The position numbers and the translations under genes were made by a program. A stretch of DNA of 64,000 nt, from positions 272,366,001 through 272,430,000 of the forward strand of contig NC_091978.1 of NCBI RefSeq assembly GCF_044704955.1. Reading direction: 5' to 3'. Positions 1 through 12,080 of this stretch are shown here, piece by piece. The DNA comes from Pristiophorus japonicus. Its lineage: Eukaryota. Positions within the stretch are counted from its first letter, which is position 1. Each line of letters begins with the position of its first letter. The notes under the pieces were generated by a model. It saw only the letters and a program-made list of their open reading frames with translations, was not told the origin of the DNA and ran no database searches.

Positions 1-394
1 GTGGGCGGGCGGGAATATTTTTTCCCTGTGTTAAGCACATGGGGAAAGTAACGCTCGGAGATAAGTTTTCTAAAAATGCCTGTCAGTTTCCATTTTGTGC
101 CAAAATGGGCAATATATGGGCGTTACACGTCATTTCAGCGGTAAAATGGGCATTAAGTGCATGTTAAGCATGAAAAAAAAGTGGAGGTTCTAGCCCTTTG
201 TCCTTGTAGAATTGTAGCAAAGATCAAAAAAATTTAACACTACTGTCCATTTTATATCGCTCGCGGTAACGCCCATTTTCAAAAATGGAAACTAGGTGTT
301 TTGAGAATGGGCGAGAAGCCGGCGATCTGAAAACCCTTTTTTTACCGCCCACGCCGGAAATATCGCCCAACCACAAAAGTGGAGGTTCTAGCCC
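1..394. mobile_element. Right-hand ends of two Harbinger-type MITE fragments (same terminus twice)
   Basis: AAAAGTGGAGGTTCTAGCCC ends at ~196 and again at ~394; its reverse complement starts GGGC like the other Harbinger-type termini in this window. Confidence 0.5.
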
Positions 395-722
395 AAGGGC
401 TTTTAAATATTGCACTTAGGTGCCAGCACCAATGGGTCACCCACCTCAGGTGGTGGTGGATGGGGAATTCACGGTGGTATTTCGCTAAAGCATAAGTGCA
501 GTCCCGCCAAATCATTTTGTCAGAATAAACAGTTGTATATTTTGAAAAATACTCCTCTCCCAGAGGTCATTAGCAACTCTGAATGTCAGGGATGCACAGT
601 CATGTTATCTGCCTGCTCTCAATTCCAGCAAACTTTTGTAACAGGAGGGAAAAGGAGTGGGAACACAGCATAACCAGGTCCTGCCCCAAAATCCACCCCA
701 ACCTGTGTTTCACTGCAACGGG

Positions 723-1400
723 ATGCAGGTACAGCAAGTGATCAGGAAGGCCAATGGAATCTTAGCTTTTATTGCAAAGGGGATGGAGAATAATAGCAGG
801 GAAGTCTTGCTACAGTTATACAGGGTATTGGTGAGTCCACAGCTGGAATACTGCATGCAGTTTTGGTTTCCATATTTATGAAAAGATATATTTGCTTTGG
901 AGGCAGTTCAGAGAAGGTTCACTAGATTTTGGAGATGGGGGGGTTGACTTATGAGGAAAGGTTGAGTAGATTATGTCTCTACTCATTGGAATTCAGAAGA
1001 ATGAGGGGTGATCTTATCGAAAAGTATAAGATTATGAGGGTGCTTGACAGGGTGGATGCAGAGAGGATGTTTCCACTGATGGGGGAGGCTAGAACTAGAG
1101 GGCATAATCTTAGAATAAGGGGCCGCCCATTTAAAACAGAGATGAGGAGAAATTTCTTCTCTCAGAGGGTTGTAAATCTGTGGAATTCGCTGCCTCAGAG
1201 AACTGTGGAAGAAGGGGCATTGAATAAATTTAAGACAGAAATAGACAGTTTCTTAAACGATAAGGGGATAAGGAGTTATGGGGAGCGGTCAGGAAAGTGG
1301 AGCTGAGTCCATGATCAGATCAGCCATGATCTTATTGAATGGCGGAGTGGGCTCGAGGGGCCATGTGGCCTATTCCTGTTCCTATTTCTTATGTTCTTAT
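723..1400 (+). mobile_element. 5'-truncated CR1 LINE (ORF2 C-terminus and 3' UTR)
   Basis: ORFs 657-881 and 929-1306 (MQVQQVIRKANG...LEFRRMRGDLIE...FFSQRVVNLWNSLP); TTCTTATGTTCTTAT tail at ~1387-1401. Confidence 0.95.
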
Positions 1401-2056
1401 ATTGTTATGGGAGAGAAAATTCAGGCCTACATTTCCTGAGCAGTTTTGAGATTTTAACCTAAATTTTCATTGTATCTATCTTTTAATCATTGTTTCAAAG
1501 AAAGTATCACTTTGGATCTTGAATTTATTATTCCTTTTCACTATAGCCCCAATTTCCCACATCAGGCAAAAATGCAGCTGTATTGAAACTGAAAAACAGG
1601 TGCAATGCAGAGAAAATGGGTGCTAATCCTTTGCTTCCGTTTTGCTCATGAATACGATTGCACTCAAACTTTCTCATGGCTTTTCTGATGTCTGCATCTG
1701 ACTGTGCTGTGGAGGATGCAGCAATGTAGATTACATGCAAATGAATGTCAGAGGACTTCACACCTAATTTCCTCGAATAGATCCTGTATAAGCTCCCTTC
1801 ACAAAAATTTTGGATAACTGATTCCGAAGTTGCTGCTTATAGACGGTCACTCTTAAGGCACAGGCCGTTACTTTCATTATTTCTGACTTTTTGAACACAA
1901 CACAATTTTGTTGGTTCAGGATTTGTTACATTTAGGCCTTGTTCAGTACATAGTCACTAAGCTCTGCCACCACCCCTCCTTCCTTTTGCAATTAGGGATG
2001 GGCAATAAAGGCTGGCCTTGCCAGCATCGCCTACATACTGCAACAAATAAAAAAAA

Positions 2057-2950
2057 ACTGGCTCCAGTGCCCAAAGAAGCTTCATGACCCGAGACCACTG
2101 GTCAAGGTCGGTGAATTCATCTTCAAAAGCCATCTCCTACCAACTGCACCACTAGCCGCGTTCACTGCACGACTCCCCCCACCCACTCACCTACCAACAA
2201 TCTGTACCAAACACGAGGCACATCTCCCATTCCTAGCCTCACCTCAGCCCCTTGGAGGAGATGGTGTTGGACATTCTTGGAAGGGCCATGGCTAGCCGTT
2301 GGCCAGTGGCGGGGCTGAAAGGATACAAAATGCTGGTATCCTCATACATTATCATCCTTCTCGCATGCACCTCTTGCTTTCCCGCCCTCCCGTCATCACA
2401 ACTCCACCCTTGTGGCTTCCCCATTTTACATACCCAGCCAGTGGGTTACCAAGAAGTGAGAGAGGAGAGTGAAGAAGAAGAAACACCGTCACTCTATTTG
2501 ACATGCCCAGCCATCAACTCCTCAAGGTCGACCTGCAAGCCATTTGCAGTGTCCCTCACAAAGTCAGCAGCCTTCCAACAGCCATGCTGCAGCCACTGGG
2601 GTAGCGCTGCATGACAGCAGTAGGATAGGTAAAGGCACACACAAGGCAGTTACTATGAGAATGCGTATGGGTCACTCGTTGATTAGTGATGTCATATTGG
2701 ATGGATAGATGTATAATGTTGGATTGGAAAGTTTGCTTTGTGGTGGCATTTATTTCAGCATTGTGACCAAGACAACACTTTGAATGGAGGTAAGGCGTGG
2801 GACAAATGTAGAATGGGGAATTGGAGTTGTGCTCACTGGTACTGCAGGCGGATGATTCGATTCCAAATATCCTGGCCAGAAAGGGGCCATCTCGGTTGCA
2901 TCCTTCCTTCTGTTAACTCCTCTTCTGCCGTCTTCCTCTTCCTTCTGCAA
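2057..2950. mobile_element. Internal Harbinger remnant (Myb/SANT part on +, probable transposase 3' end on -)
   Basis: 2057-2110 translates to TWLQCPKKLHDP..VK followed by gt, matching TWMQCHKKFNDHTRMVKV in the Myb ORF at 31937-32554; acidic EEED stretch on the minus strand near 2940. Confidence 0.5.
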
Positions 2951-2951
2951 G

Positions 2952-3092
2952 CAGATCCTGGAAATCTGAAATAAAAGCAGCAAGTGCTGGAAATACTCAG
3001 GTCAGGCAGCATCTCAAGCTGAGACAAGAAATCTGTTTCTCTCTCCATAGATGCTGCCAGATCTGCTGAATATTTCCAGCATTTTCTGTCTT
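2952..3092. repeat. Palindromic (inverted-repeat) element, possibly Penelope-related
   Basis: TGCTGGAAATACTCAGGTCAGGCAGCATCT ... AGATGCTGCCAGATCTGCTGAATATTTCCAGCA form an imperfect inverted pair. Confidence 0.6.
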
Positions 3093-4095
3093 CTCAGATG
3101 CCTTCCTTTCCCATTTGAGACCTTACAAGCATCCAGCAGCACTTCCTGCACACTTTTAAAATGTATTACACCAAGTCATTCAATAAAATATAAAAAATCC
3201 AGACCAGAAGCTTAAATGCAAACTTACCTGAAAGATGTTGCAAGAATAAAAGTGTTTATTAATGATTAGAATTGATTCTGTGTATGTATAAATGATAAAA
3301 GTGTAGATTATACAGAAAGGCCTGTTTGTGTTGAAACAAAATGAAAGCCCACAGGTTGCCAGCATGGATTGAGTTTTGAAAGAAACAAAATGGAAGCCTA
3401 CAGATCTGCTGCATGGGTTGTGTATTGGAAAGCCATTTAAACTAATCAATGGCTGAGCCACGCCAGATAGCTACATGTGTGAGGAGAGCCAATAAGGAAC
3501 TGCCCTGGAACCAAGGATAATCCGGAGGCTTTTTTGAGGGACAATGGCTTTGAGAAGTATAAAGAACTCAGGAAAATACTTTTCTCTCTCTTCTCTCTGC
3601 TGAACATACGGCATAAGATCTCCCGCTGAAGACCAGCTAAAACAGCGAGCCGTGTGTTCAAACCAGCCAGCCAAAGGGAATCAACGTATATCACTCTTTA
3701 TTATAACCTCATTGTATCTGTTGTAACTAAGGTGGATGTGCATGTGTGTGTGTTTTTTTTCATAAATTGTTCCAATTGTTTCAGAAGAGTTGTTTCACTG
3801 TCAAATTTAATGCCAGAGATTTAGAAATCTTACAATGTGCATGTCCCTTTAAGATGTACTGTCAGCTCTCTTTTCAGAGCGAGCTTAGAAGCCAGTGCTA
3901 AACTCAGCACAAAGCTCCAAGTTCGCAGAGTGTGGTGTCAAGTTGGCTGATGTCATGGTCTCCAGATTTGCATGTCCATGGCCAGCGTTAACTGCAGCGC
4001 TATGGCCCTCACCAAAATGGCGGCCGAAGACCCGCGCCAGAGAAGGATGTTAGAGCCGTGGCCGCCATGTTTTTAGGAAACCAGTGGTTCTAAGT

Positions 4096-7032
4096 AGCAA
4101 AATTCTAAAGGGACAAAGTGTGTTAAAAAGACAAGCCTGAAGGCTGTGTGCCTCAATGCGAGGAGTATTCATAATAAGGTGGACGAATTAACGCCACAGT
4201 CACCTATTATCGAATATGATATAATTGGGATTACGGAAACATGACTCCAGGGTGACCAAGGCTGGGAACTCAACATCCAGGGGTATTCAACATTCAGGAA
4301 GGATAGACAGAAAGAAAAAGGAGATGGGTGGTATTGCTGGTTAAAGAGGAAATTAACGCAATAGTAAGGAAAGACATTAGCTTGGATGATGTGGAATCTG
4401 TATGGGTAGAGCTGCAGAATACCAAAGGGCAGAAAACGCTAGTGGGAGTTATATACAGACCACCAAACAGTAGTAGTGAGGTTTGGGGACAGCATCAAAC
4501 AAGAAATTAGGGATGCGTACAATAAAGGTGCAGCAGTTATCATGGGCGACTTTAATATACATATAGATTGGGCTCACCAAACTGGTAGCAATACGGTGGA
4601 GGAGGATTTCCTGGAGTGTATTAGGGATGGTTTTCTAGACCAATATGGCGAGGATCCAACTAGAGGGCTGGCCATCCTAGACTGGGTGATTTGGATGAGA
4701 AAGGATTAATTAGCAATCTTGTTGTGCGAGGCCCCTTGGGGAAGAGTGACCATAATCTGATAGAATTCTTTATTAAGAAAGAGAGTGACACAGTTAATTC
4801 GGAGAGTAGGGTCCTGAACTTAAGGAAAGGTAACTACGATGGTATGAGACGTGAATTGGCTAGAATAGACTGGCAAATGATACTTAAAGGGTTGACGGTG
4901 GATAGGCAATGGCAAACATTTAAAGATCACATGGATGAACTTCAATAATTGTACATCCCTGTCTGGAGTAAAAAATAAAACGGGGAAGGTGGCTCAACCG
5001 TGGCTAACATGGGAAATTAAGGATAGTGTTAAATCCAGGGAAGAGACATATAAAATGACCAGAAAAAGCAGCAAACCTGAGGACTGGGAGAAATTTAGAA
5101 TTCAGCAGAGGAGGACAAAGGGTTTAATTAGGAGGGGCAAAATTGAGTACGAGAGGAAGCTTGCTGGGAACATAAAAACTGAATGCAAAAGCTTCTAGAG
5201 ATATGTGAGGAGGAAAAGATTAGTGAAGACAAATGTAGGTCTCTTGCAGTCAGAATCAGGTGAATTTATAATGGGGAACAAAGAAATGGCACACCAATTG
5301 AACAAATACTTTGGTTCTGTCTTCACGAAGGATAACACAAAAAACCTTCCGGAAATACGAGGGGACCAAGGGTCTAGTGAAAAGGAGGAATTGAAGGAAA
5401 TCCTTATTAGTCAGGAGATAGTGTTAGGGAAATTGATGGGATTGAAGGCCGATAAATCCCCAGGGGCCTGATGCTTTGCATCCCAGAGTACTTAAGGAAG
5501 TGGCCTTAGAAATAGTGGATGCATTGGTGATCATTTTCTAACAGTCTATCGACTCTGGATCAGTTCCTATGGACTGGAGGGTAGCTAAGGTAACACCACT
5601 TTTTAAAAAAGCAGGGAGAGAGAAAACAGAGAATTATAGACCGGTTAACCTGGCATCAGTAGTGGGGAAAATGTTGGAATCAATAATTAACGATGAAATA
5701 GCAGCGCATTTGGAAAGCAGTGACAGGATCAGTCCAAGTTAGCATGGATTTAAGAAAGGGAAATCATGCTTGACAAATCTTCTGGAAATTTTTGAGGATG
5801 TAACGAGTAGAGTGGACAATGAAGAACTAGTGGATGTGGTGTATTTGGACTTCTAAAAGGCTTTTGACAAGGTCCAACACAAGAGATTGGTGTGCAAAAT
5901 TAAAGCACATGGGATTGGGGGTAATTTATTGATGTGGATAGAGAACTGGTTGGCAGACAGGAAGCAGAGAGTCGGGATAAACTGGTCCTTTTCAGAATGG
6001 CAGGCAGTGACTAGTGAGGTGCCGCAGGGCTCAGTGCTGGGACTCCAGCTAATTACAATATACATCAATGATTTAGATGAAGGAATTGAGTGTAATATCT
6101 CCGTGTTTGCAGATGACACTAAGCTGGATGGTGGTGTGAGCTGTGAGGAGGATGCTAAGAAATGCAGGATGACTTGGACAGGTTAGGTGAGTGGGCAAAT
6201 GCATGGCAGATGCAGTATAATGTGGATAAATGTGAGGTTATTCACTTTGGGGGCAAAAACATGAAGGCAGAATATTATCTGAATGGTGGCAGATTAGGAA
6301 AAGGGGAGGTGCAATGAGACCTGGGTGACATGGTACATCAGTCATTGAAAGTTGGCATTCAGGAACAGCAGGCGTGAAGAAAGCAAATGGCATGTAGGCC
6401 TTCATAGCTTGGGGATTTGAGTATAGGAGCAGGGAGGTCTTGCTGCAGTTGTACAGGGCCTTGGTGAGGCCTCACCTGGAATATTGTGTTGTCTTTGGTC
6501 TCCTAATCTGAGGAAGAATGTTCTTGCTATTGAGGCAGTGCAGCGAAGGTTCACCAGACTGATTCTCGGGATGGCAGAACTGACATATGAGGAGAGACTG
6601 GATCAACAGGGCCTGTATTCACTGAAGTTTAGAAGGATGAGAGGGGATCTCAGAAACATATAAAATTCTGACGGTACTGGACAGGTTAGATGCAGGAAGA
6701 ATGTTCCCGATGTTGGGGATGTCAAGAACCAGGGGTCACAGTCTATGGATAAGGCGTAAGCCATTTAGGACTGAGATGAGGAGAAATGTCTTCACTCAGA
6801 GTTGTTAATCTGTGGAATTCTCTACCGCAGAGAGTTGTTGATGCCAGTTCATTAGATATATGCAAGAGGGAGTTAGAGGCCCTTACGGCTAAAGGGATCA
6901 AGGGGTATGGAGAGAAAGCAGGAACAAATTACTGAGGTGAATGATCAGCCATGGTCTTATTGAATGGTGGTGCAGGCTCGAAGGGCTGAATGGCCTACTC
7001 CTGCACCTATTTTCTATGTTTCTATGTTTCTA
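4096..7032 (+). mobile_element. CR1 LINE with near-complete but frameshifted ORF2 (APE endonuclease and RT)
   Basis: Endonuclease motifs LNARSI, GITET, YRPP, MGDFN, SDHN; RT motifs KSPG, PQGSVLG, FADD; (TTTCTATG)n tail at 7010-7032. Confidence 0.96.
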
Positions 7033-7450
7033 GCCGAATTAATCCCCCCCATCTGTTGCCGGAAAGCACCAGGAGAGGAAGATCTGCACTTCAGGGGATT
7101 AAAATAGAAGCATATTGTATATGTTTTATATTTTGTTTGGTGCAAGATATAAAAAGTTATTATCTATCTAAGCACCTGTGCAGTTTAACGATTTAGATAC
7201 TTTTGGTATAAATTGTTTTGGATCAATGTATTTTGCTGTTACACTTGTGTTGAGACTTATGTATAAGTTGTTCAGAATGCAGAACATGCTCGCTGATGTT
7301 TAAGAATACTGTCATTAAATAGGATAATTGCCTATGTTTAATTAATTCTAAAATTAAACGTTGTATAAATTCTGTTTGTGTAAAGTAACTTTTGGGTGCA
7401 TCGCTATGTACTCATCTTGAAATGATGGTATCAGACGCTGACTTATATAC

Positions 7451-7654
7451 TGTTATATATTAATGCTTGGGGGTCACCAGACACCAGAGGGCGCCACGGT
7501 TGGAGGTCATCGGCTATACACATGTGGCATGTATGCTTGGTCACCTGTATATAAGCTGGGTGTCTTTGTCACGTTGGCACTCTTGGGCTGGAATAAAGAT
7601 GGATCAGGTTGCACCTGAGTGAGTTTATAGTAACCAGACCCTTGAGTCATTACA
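7451..7654 (+). repeat. 5' LTR of Gypsy element 1 (TATA and AATAAA)
   Basis: Direct repeat of 11877-12080, roughly 8% divergent by eye; contains TATATAA and AATAAA. Confidence 0.95.
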
Positions 7655-7692
7655 ATTGGCGATGAGGTAATTTAAGAACCTTCGCATGAACA

Positions 7693-10600
7693 ATGGGCAC
7701 TGTTGGAATCTTGGAGAGATTCGTGGAGGGCGAGGATTGGGCAGATTTTGTCGACTGCCTGGATCAGTATTTTGTGGCCAATGGCATGGAGGCAGTTAAA
7801 CGGCCTATGCAGTTAAATGCAGGGCAGTTCTCCTCACCGTTTGTGGTCCGAAAATTTACGGCCCCATGAAGAATCTTCTCTCGCCTGTACGTCCGGCGGA
7901 AAAAGGGTACGAGGAATTGTGTACGTTGGTGGGTAACCATCTGAAGCCAAAAGAGGGGATCATCATATCACACTACCGTTTCCACACGCATGTTCATGCT
8001 GAGGGCCAGGACGTGTGGGGATTTGTCACCGGCCTGCGATGTCTTGCTGAGCCGTGTAAGTTCAGGAGCATGCTGGAAGACATGCTGCCTGATAGGCATC
8101 AGCCATTATGCGATCCTCAGGAAGCTGTTGGCTGCAGAGAGACGCTGGATTTGAAAAAGGCCATCGCGACTGCCCAGGCATGCATGACGACGGATGATAA
8201 TATGAGGCAGATATTATCGACAATTCGGAGTTCCACGGCAAGTACTGTAAACAAGATGGCGTAATCTTTGGGCAGAGCTGCTTATGCGAAACCTGCCGCT
8301 GCTCAGAGCCCGCCAACTGGTTCGATCCAGATTTCACCCTGTTGGCGTTGTGGGAGCAATCATTAGCCCCATCAGTGTCAGTTTGGACAATACTCATGCA
8401 ATGGATGTTCGAAAGTGGGGCATCTTCACAGGATGTGTCCACAACGGAGCAAGCGTGGTGCGGCTCACCACATGGCTGATGAGGACCAGTTCAGTGATGG
8501 CCCACATACACAACCAGAGGAGGAAGTGAATGGACTGTATTCATTCCTGAGCAAGAGCCAGCCGATAGTCGTTAATGTGAAACTGAAAGGTGTGCCTGTA
8601 TCAATAGAGCTGGACACGGGTGCGAGCCAGTCAATAATGAGCCAAAGGACATTCGACAAGCTGTGGGACACTAAGGTTGCGAAACCGAAGCTGAGTCCAG
8701 TCAATGCTAGGTTGCGTACATACACTAAGGAACTCATACCGGTGCTCGGCAGTGCAGCAATCGAGGTGTCATATGACGGTATGGTTCACGAGCTACCATT
8801 ATGGATCGTCCCAGGTAATGGTCCAATACTGTTCGGCAGGAATTGGCTCGAGAAAATCAATCTGAACTGGAATGATGTGAAGATGTCCTCGGTGGATGAT
8901 ACTTTGTGTGCTCAAGTATTGAAAAAGTTTCCTTCTTTGTTTGAACCGGGCATTGGTAATTTTACAGGAACCAAGGTGCAGATTCACTTGGACTCCAATG
9001 CAAGACCTGTCTGTCACAAAGCTCGGTCTGTTCCATACATGATGAGGGAGAAGGTTGAAATTGAGCTTGAAAGACTCCAGCGTGAAGGGATCATATTACC
9101 GGTCGAGTTTAACGAGTGGGCTAGACCCATTGTTCCTGTGTTGAAGAGTGATGGCACTATCAGGATTTGTGGAGACTACAAGGTTACGATTAACCTATTT
9201 TCGAAACATGATCAGTATCCGTTACCGAGGGCTGATGACCTGTTCGCCATGCTAGCTGGTGGAAAGTCATTCACGAAACTGGATCTCACATCGGCTTATA
9301 TGACCCAGGAGCTTGTCGACACTTCAAAGAAACTCACCTGCATCAACACCCATAAAGGACTATTCATCTACAACAGATGTCCTTTTGGGATTCATTTGGC
9401 TGCAGCCATATTTCAGAGGAATATGGAGAGTTTACTGAAGTCCATTCCTAGAACTGTCATGTTTCAAGATGACATTCTGGTCACAGCTCGCGACACTGCT
9501 GGACATCTGAACAATCTTGAAGAAGTCCCTACAGCGTCTGGACAAAGTGGGACTCAGGCTGAAATGCTCGAAGTGTGTATTCATGGCACCTGAAATCGAA
9601 TCCCTTGGGAGGAAGATTGTTGCTGATGGCATCAGGCCCACTGATTCGAAAACTGAGGACATCAAAAATGCACCCAGGCCTTAGAATGTGACAGAGCTGC
9701 ATTCATTCCTTGGGCTACTCAACTACTTTGGTAATTTCTTACGCAGATTGAGCACTTGACTGCATGTGTTACTAAGAAAAGGCGACAACTGGGTTTGGGG
9801 TGCGTCTCAAGATAGAGCCTTTGAGAAAGCCAAGAATCTGCTATGTTCAAACAAGTTGCTTGTTCATTATGATCTGTGTAAGCATCTTGCATTGGCCTGT
9901 GATGCTTCAGCATATGGGGTTGGCTACGTACTCCAACAAGCAAATGAATCGGGCAAGCTACAACCTGTTGCGTATGCTTCGAGATGTCTGTCTAAAGCGG
10001 AAAGAGTTTACAGTATGGTAGAGAAAGAGGCTGTGGCCTGTGTGTATGGGGTAAAAAAAATGCACCGGTACCTGTTTGGCCTTCGTGTTGAACTAGAAAC
10101 CGATCACAAGCCACTCATTTTATTGTTTGTGGAAAACAAAGGTATTAATACCAGTGCATCGTCCCGCATTCAAAGGTGGCTGCTGACATTGTCTGCTTAT
10201 GATTACGTCATCTGTCATAGAGCTGATACTGAGAATTGTGCCGATGCACTGAGTCGTCTTCCCTTACCCATAACTGAGATGGAGACGCCTCAACCTGCAG
10301 ATCTACTGTTAGTAATGGATGCTTTTGAGAGTGAAGGAACCCCTGTCACTGCTCAACAAGTTAGGATCTGGACCAGCCATGACCCTATTTTATCGGTTGT
10401 GAAACGGTGTGTACTCAGTGGTGATTGGTCTGCCATACCTATGGAGATGCGTGAGGAGACAAAACCTTACAACTGTCGCAAGGATGAGCTGTCCATTCAG
10501 TCAGACTGTTTACTGTGGGGTAATCGTGTAATCATGCCTAAGAAAGGTAGAGAAAAATATGTACATGAACTTCATGGCACTCATCTTGGTACTGTCATGA

Positions 10601-11845
10601 TAAAATCCCATTGCTAGGTCTCATGCATGGTGGCCTGGAATTGACTCTGATCTGGAATCATAGGTGCATCAGTGCAATACTTGCATGCAGTTAAGTAAAG
10701 TACCAGCGGAATCCCCGCTGAGTCTTTGGTCGTGGCCATCCAAACCATGGTCGAGGATCCACATTGATCTTGCAGGTCCGATCCTAGGAAAGATGTGTTT
10801 TGTCATAGTAGATGCATATTCTAAGTGGATAGAGTGTGTTATTATGTCATCCAGTACATCTACAACTACCATTGAGAGCCTTCGTATCATGTTTGCTAAT
10901 CATTGTTGCCTGACATTGTTGTGAGCGACAACGGATCTTGCTTCACAAGTCTTGAGTTCCAGGAGTTCATGAAATTCAATGGCATCAGACATGTGAGATC
11001 AGCTCCATTCAAGCCTGCTTCTAATGGTGAAGCAGAGCATGCCGTTCAAACGATCAAGCAAAGTATGAAACGTGTAACTCAGGGCTCACTGCAGAGACGG
11101 TTGTCATGTATATTGCTTAGTTACAGGTCAAGACCTCACAAGCTTACTGGGGTTCCTCCTGCTGAACTAATGATGAAGAGAAATCTCAAGACCAGGCTTT
11201 CTCTTGTTCATCCTGATTTGAATGATCGTGTTGAAAACAGACGTCAAAGTCAGCAATGGCGTCATGATCGTGTTGCCGTGTCACATGATTTCTCGGTCAA
11301 CGATCCGGTTTATATACTGAACTATGGTCAAGGTCCAAAGTGGATCGCCGGCACTGTTACAGCCAAGGAGAGTAACAGAGTGTTTATTGTCATGCTCAAG
11401 AATGGGCAAACTTGCAGGAAACACGTTGACCAGGTTAAACTGCGGCACACGGATGAACTGGAACCGAATGAGGAAACATAGAAACATAGAAATTAGGTGC
11501 AGGAGTAGGCCATTCGGCCCTTCAAGCCTGCACCTCCATTCAATAAGATCATGGCTGATCATTCAACCTCAGTACCCCTTTCCTGCTTTCTCTCCATACC
11601 CCTTGATCCCTTTGGCCGTAAGGGAAGATGCAGTCAGTGACCAACCAACCATTGTTCACTCATCAGAGGACTCTGCTGACATTACTGACTCTGAACCTTC
11701 AGTCTCTGATGTGGCCATGACCACTCCCATCAGATCGGTTACTCAGCCCTCAGTCTCAATGGACTCAGAACACTCGCCCAGAGCCAAAGTTGAACTGAGA
11801 TGGTCAACTCATGAGAGGAAAGCCCCAGACCATCTTAATTTGTAA
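7693..11845 (+). pseudogene. gag-pol (Gag with two zinc knuckles, protease, RT, RNase H, integrase), disrupted
   Basis: MGTVGILERFVEGEDW..; CWRCGSNH..CNGCSKVGHLHRMC; LDTGA; RICGDYK, FQDD; CDAS, EKEA, TDHKPL; IHIDLAGP, VSDNG, SNGEAE; domain order PR-RT-RH-IN is Gypsy. Confidence 0.95.
11474..11623 (-). mobile_element. CR1 3'-end fragment nested in the Gypsy integrase C-terminus
   Basis: Reverse complement of the CR1 3' UTR and tail (GAAACATAGAAACATAGAA...CCATACCCCTTGATCCC) interrupts EPNEE|DAVSDQP. Confidence 0.9.
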
Positions 11846-11876
11846 AAAGACTGTTGTTATGGTTTTAAAAGGGGGA

Positions 11877-12080
11877 TGTTATGTATTAATGCTTGGGGGT
11901 CACCAGACACCAGAGGGTGCTGTGGTCGGAGGTTATCAGGCTGTACGCATGTGGCATGTATGCTTGGTCACCTATATATAAGCTGGGTATCTTTGTCACG
12001 CTGCACTCTTGGGCTGGAATAAAGATGGATCAGGTTGCACCTGAGCGAGTTTACAGTAACCAGACTCTTGAGTCATTACA
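11877..12080 (+). repeat. 3' LTR of Gypsy element 1
   Basis: Direct repeat of 7451-7654, preceded by the PPT and followed by TSD TATAC. Confidence 0.95.

Larger units (their letters stand above)
7451..12080 (+). mobile_element. Full-length Gypsy (Mag-like) LTR retrotransposon, decayed
   Basis: 204-bp TG..CA LTRs at 7451-7654 and 11877-12080; 5-bp TSD TATAC at 7446-7450 and 12081-12085; PBS TGGCGATGAGG at 7657; PPT AAAAGGGGGA at 11867-11876. Confidence 0.97.
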
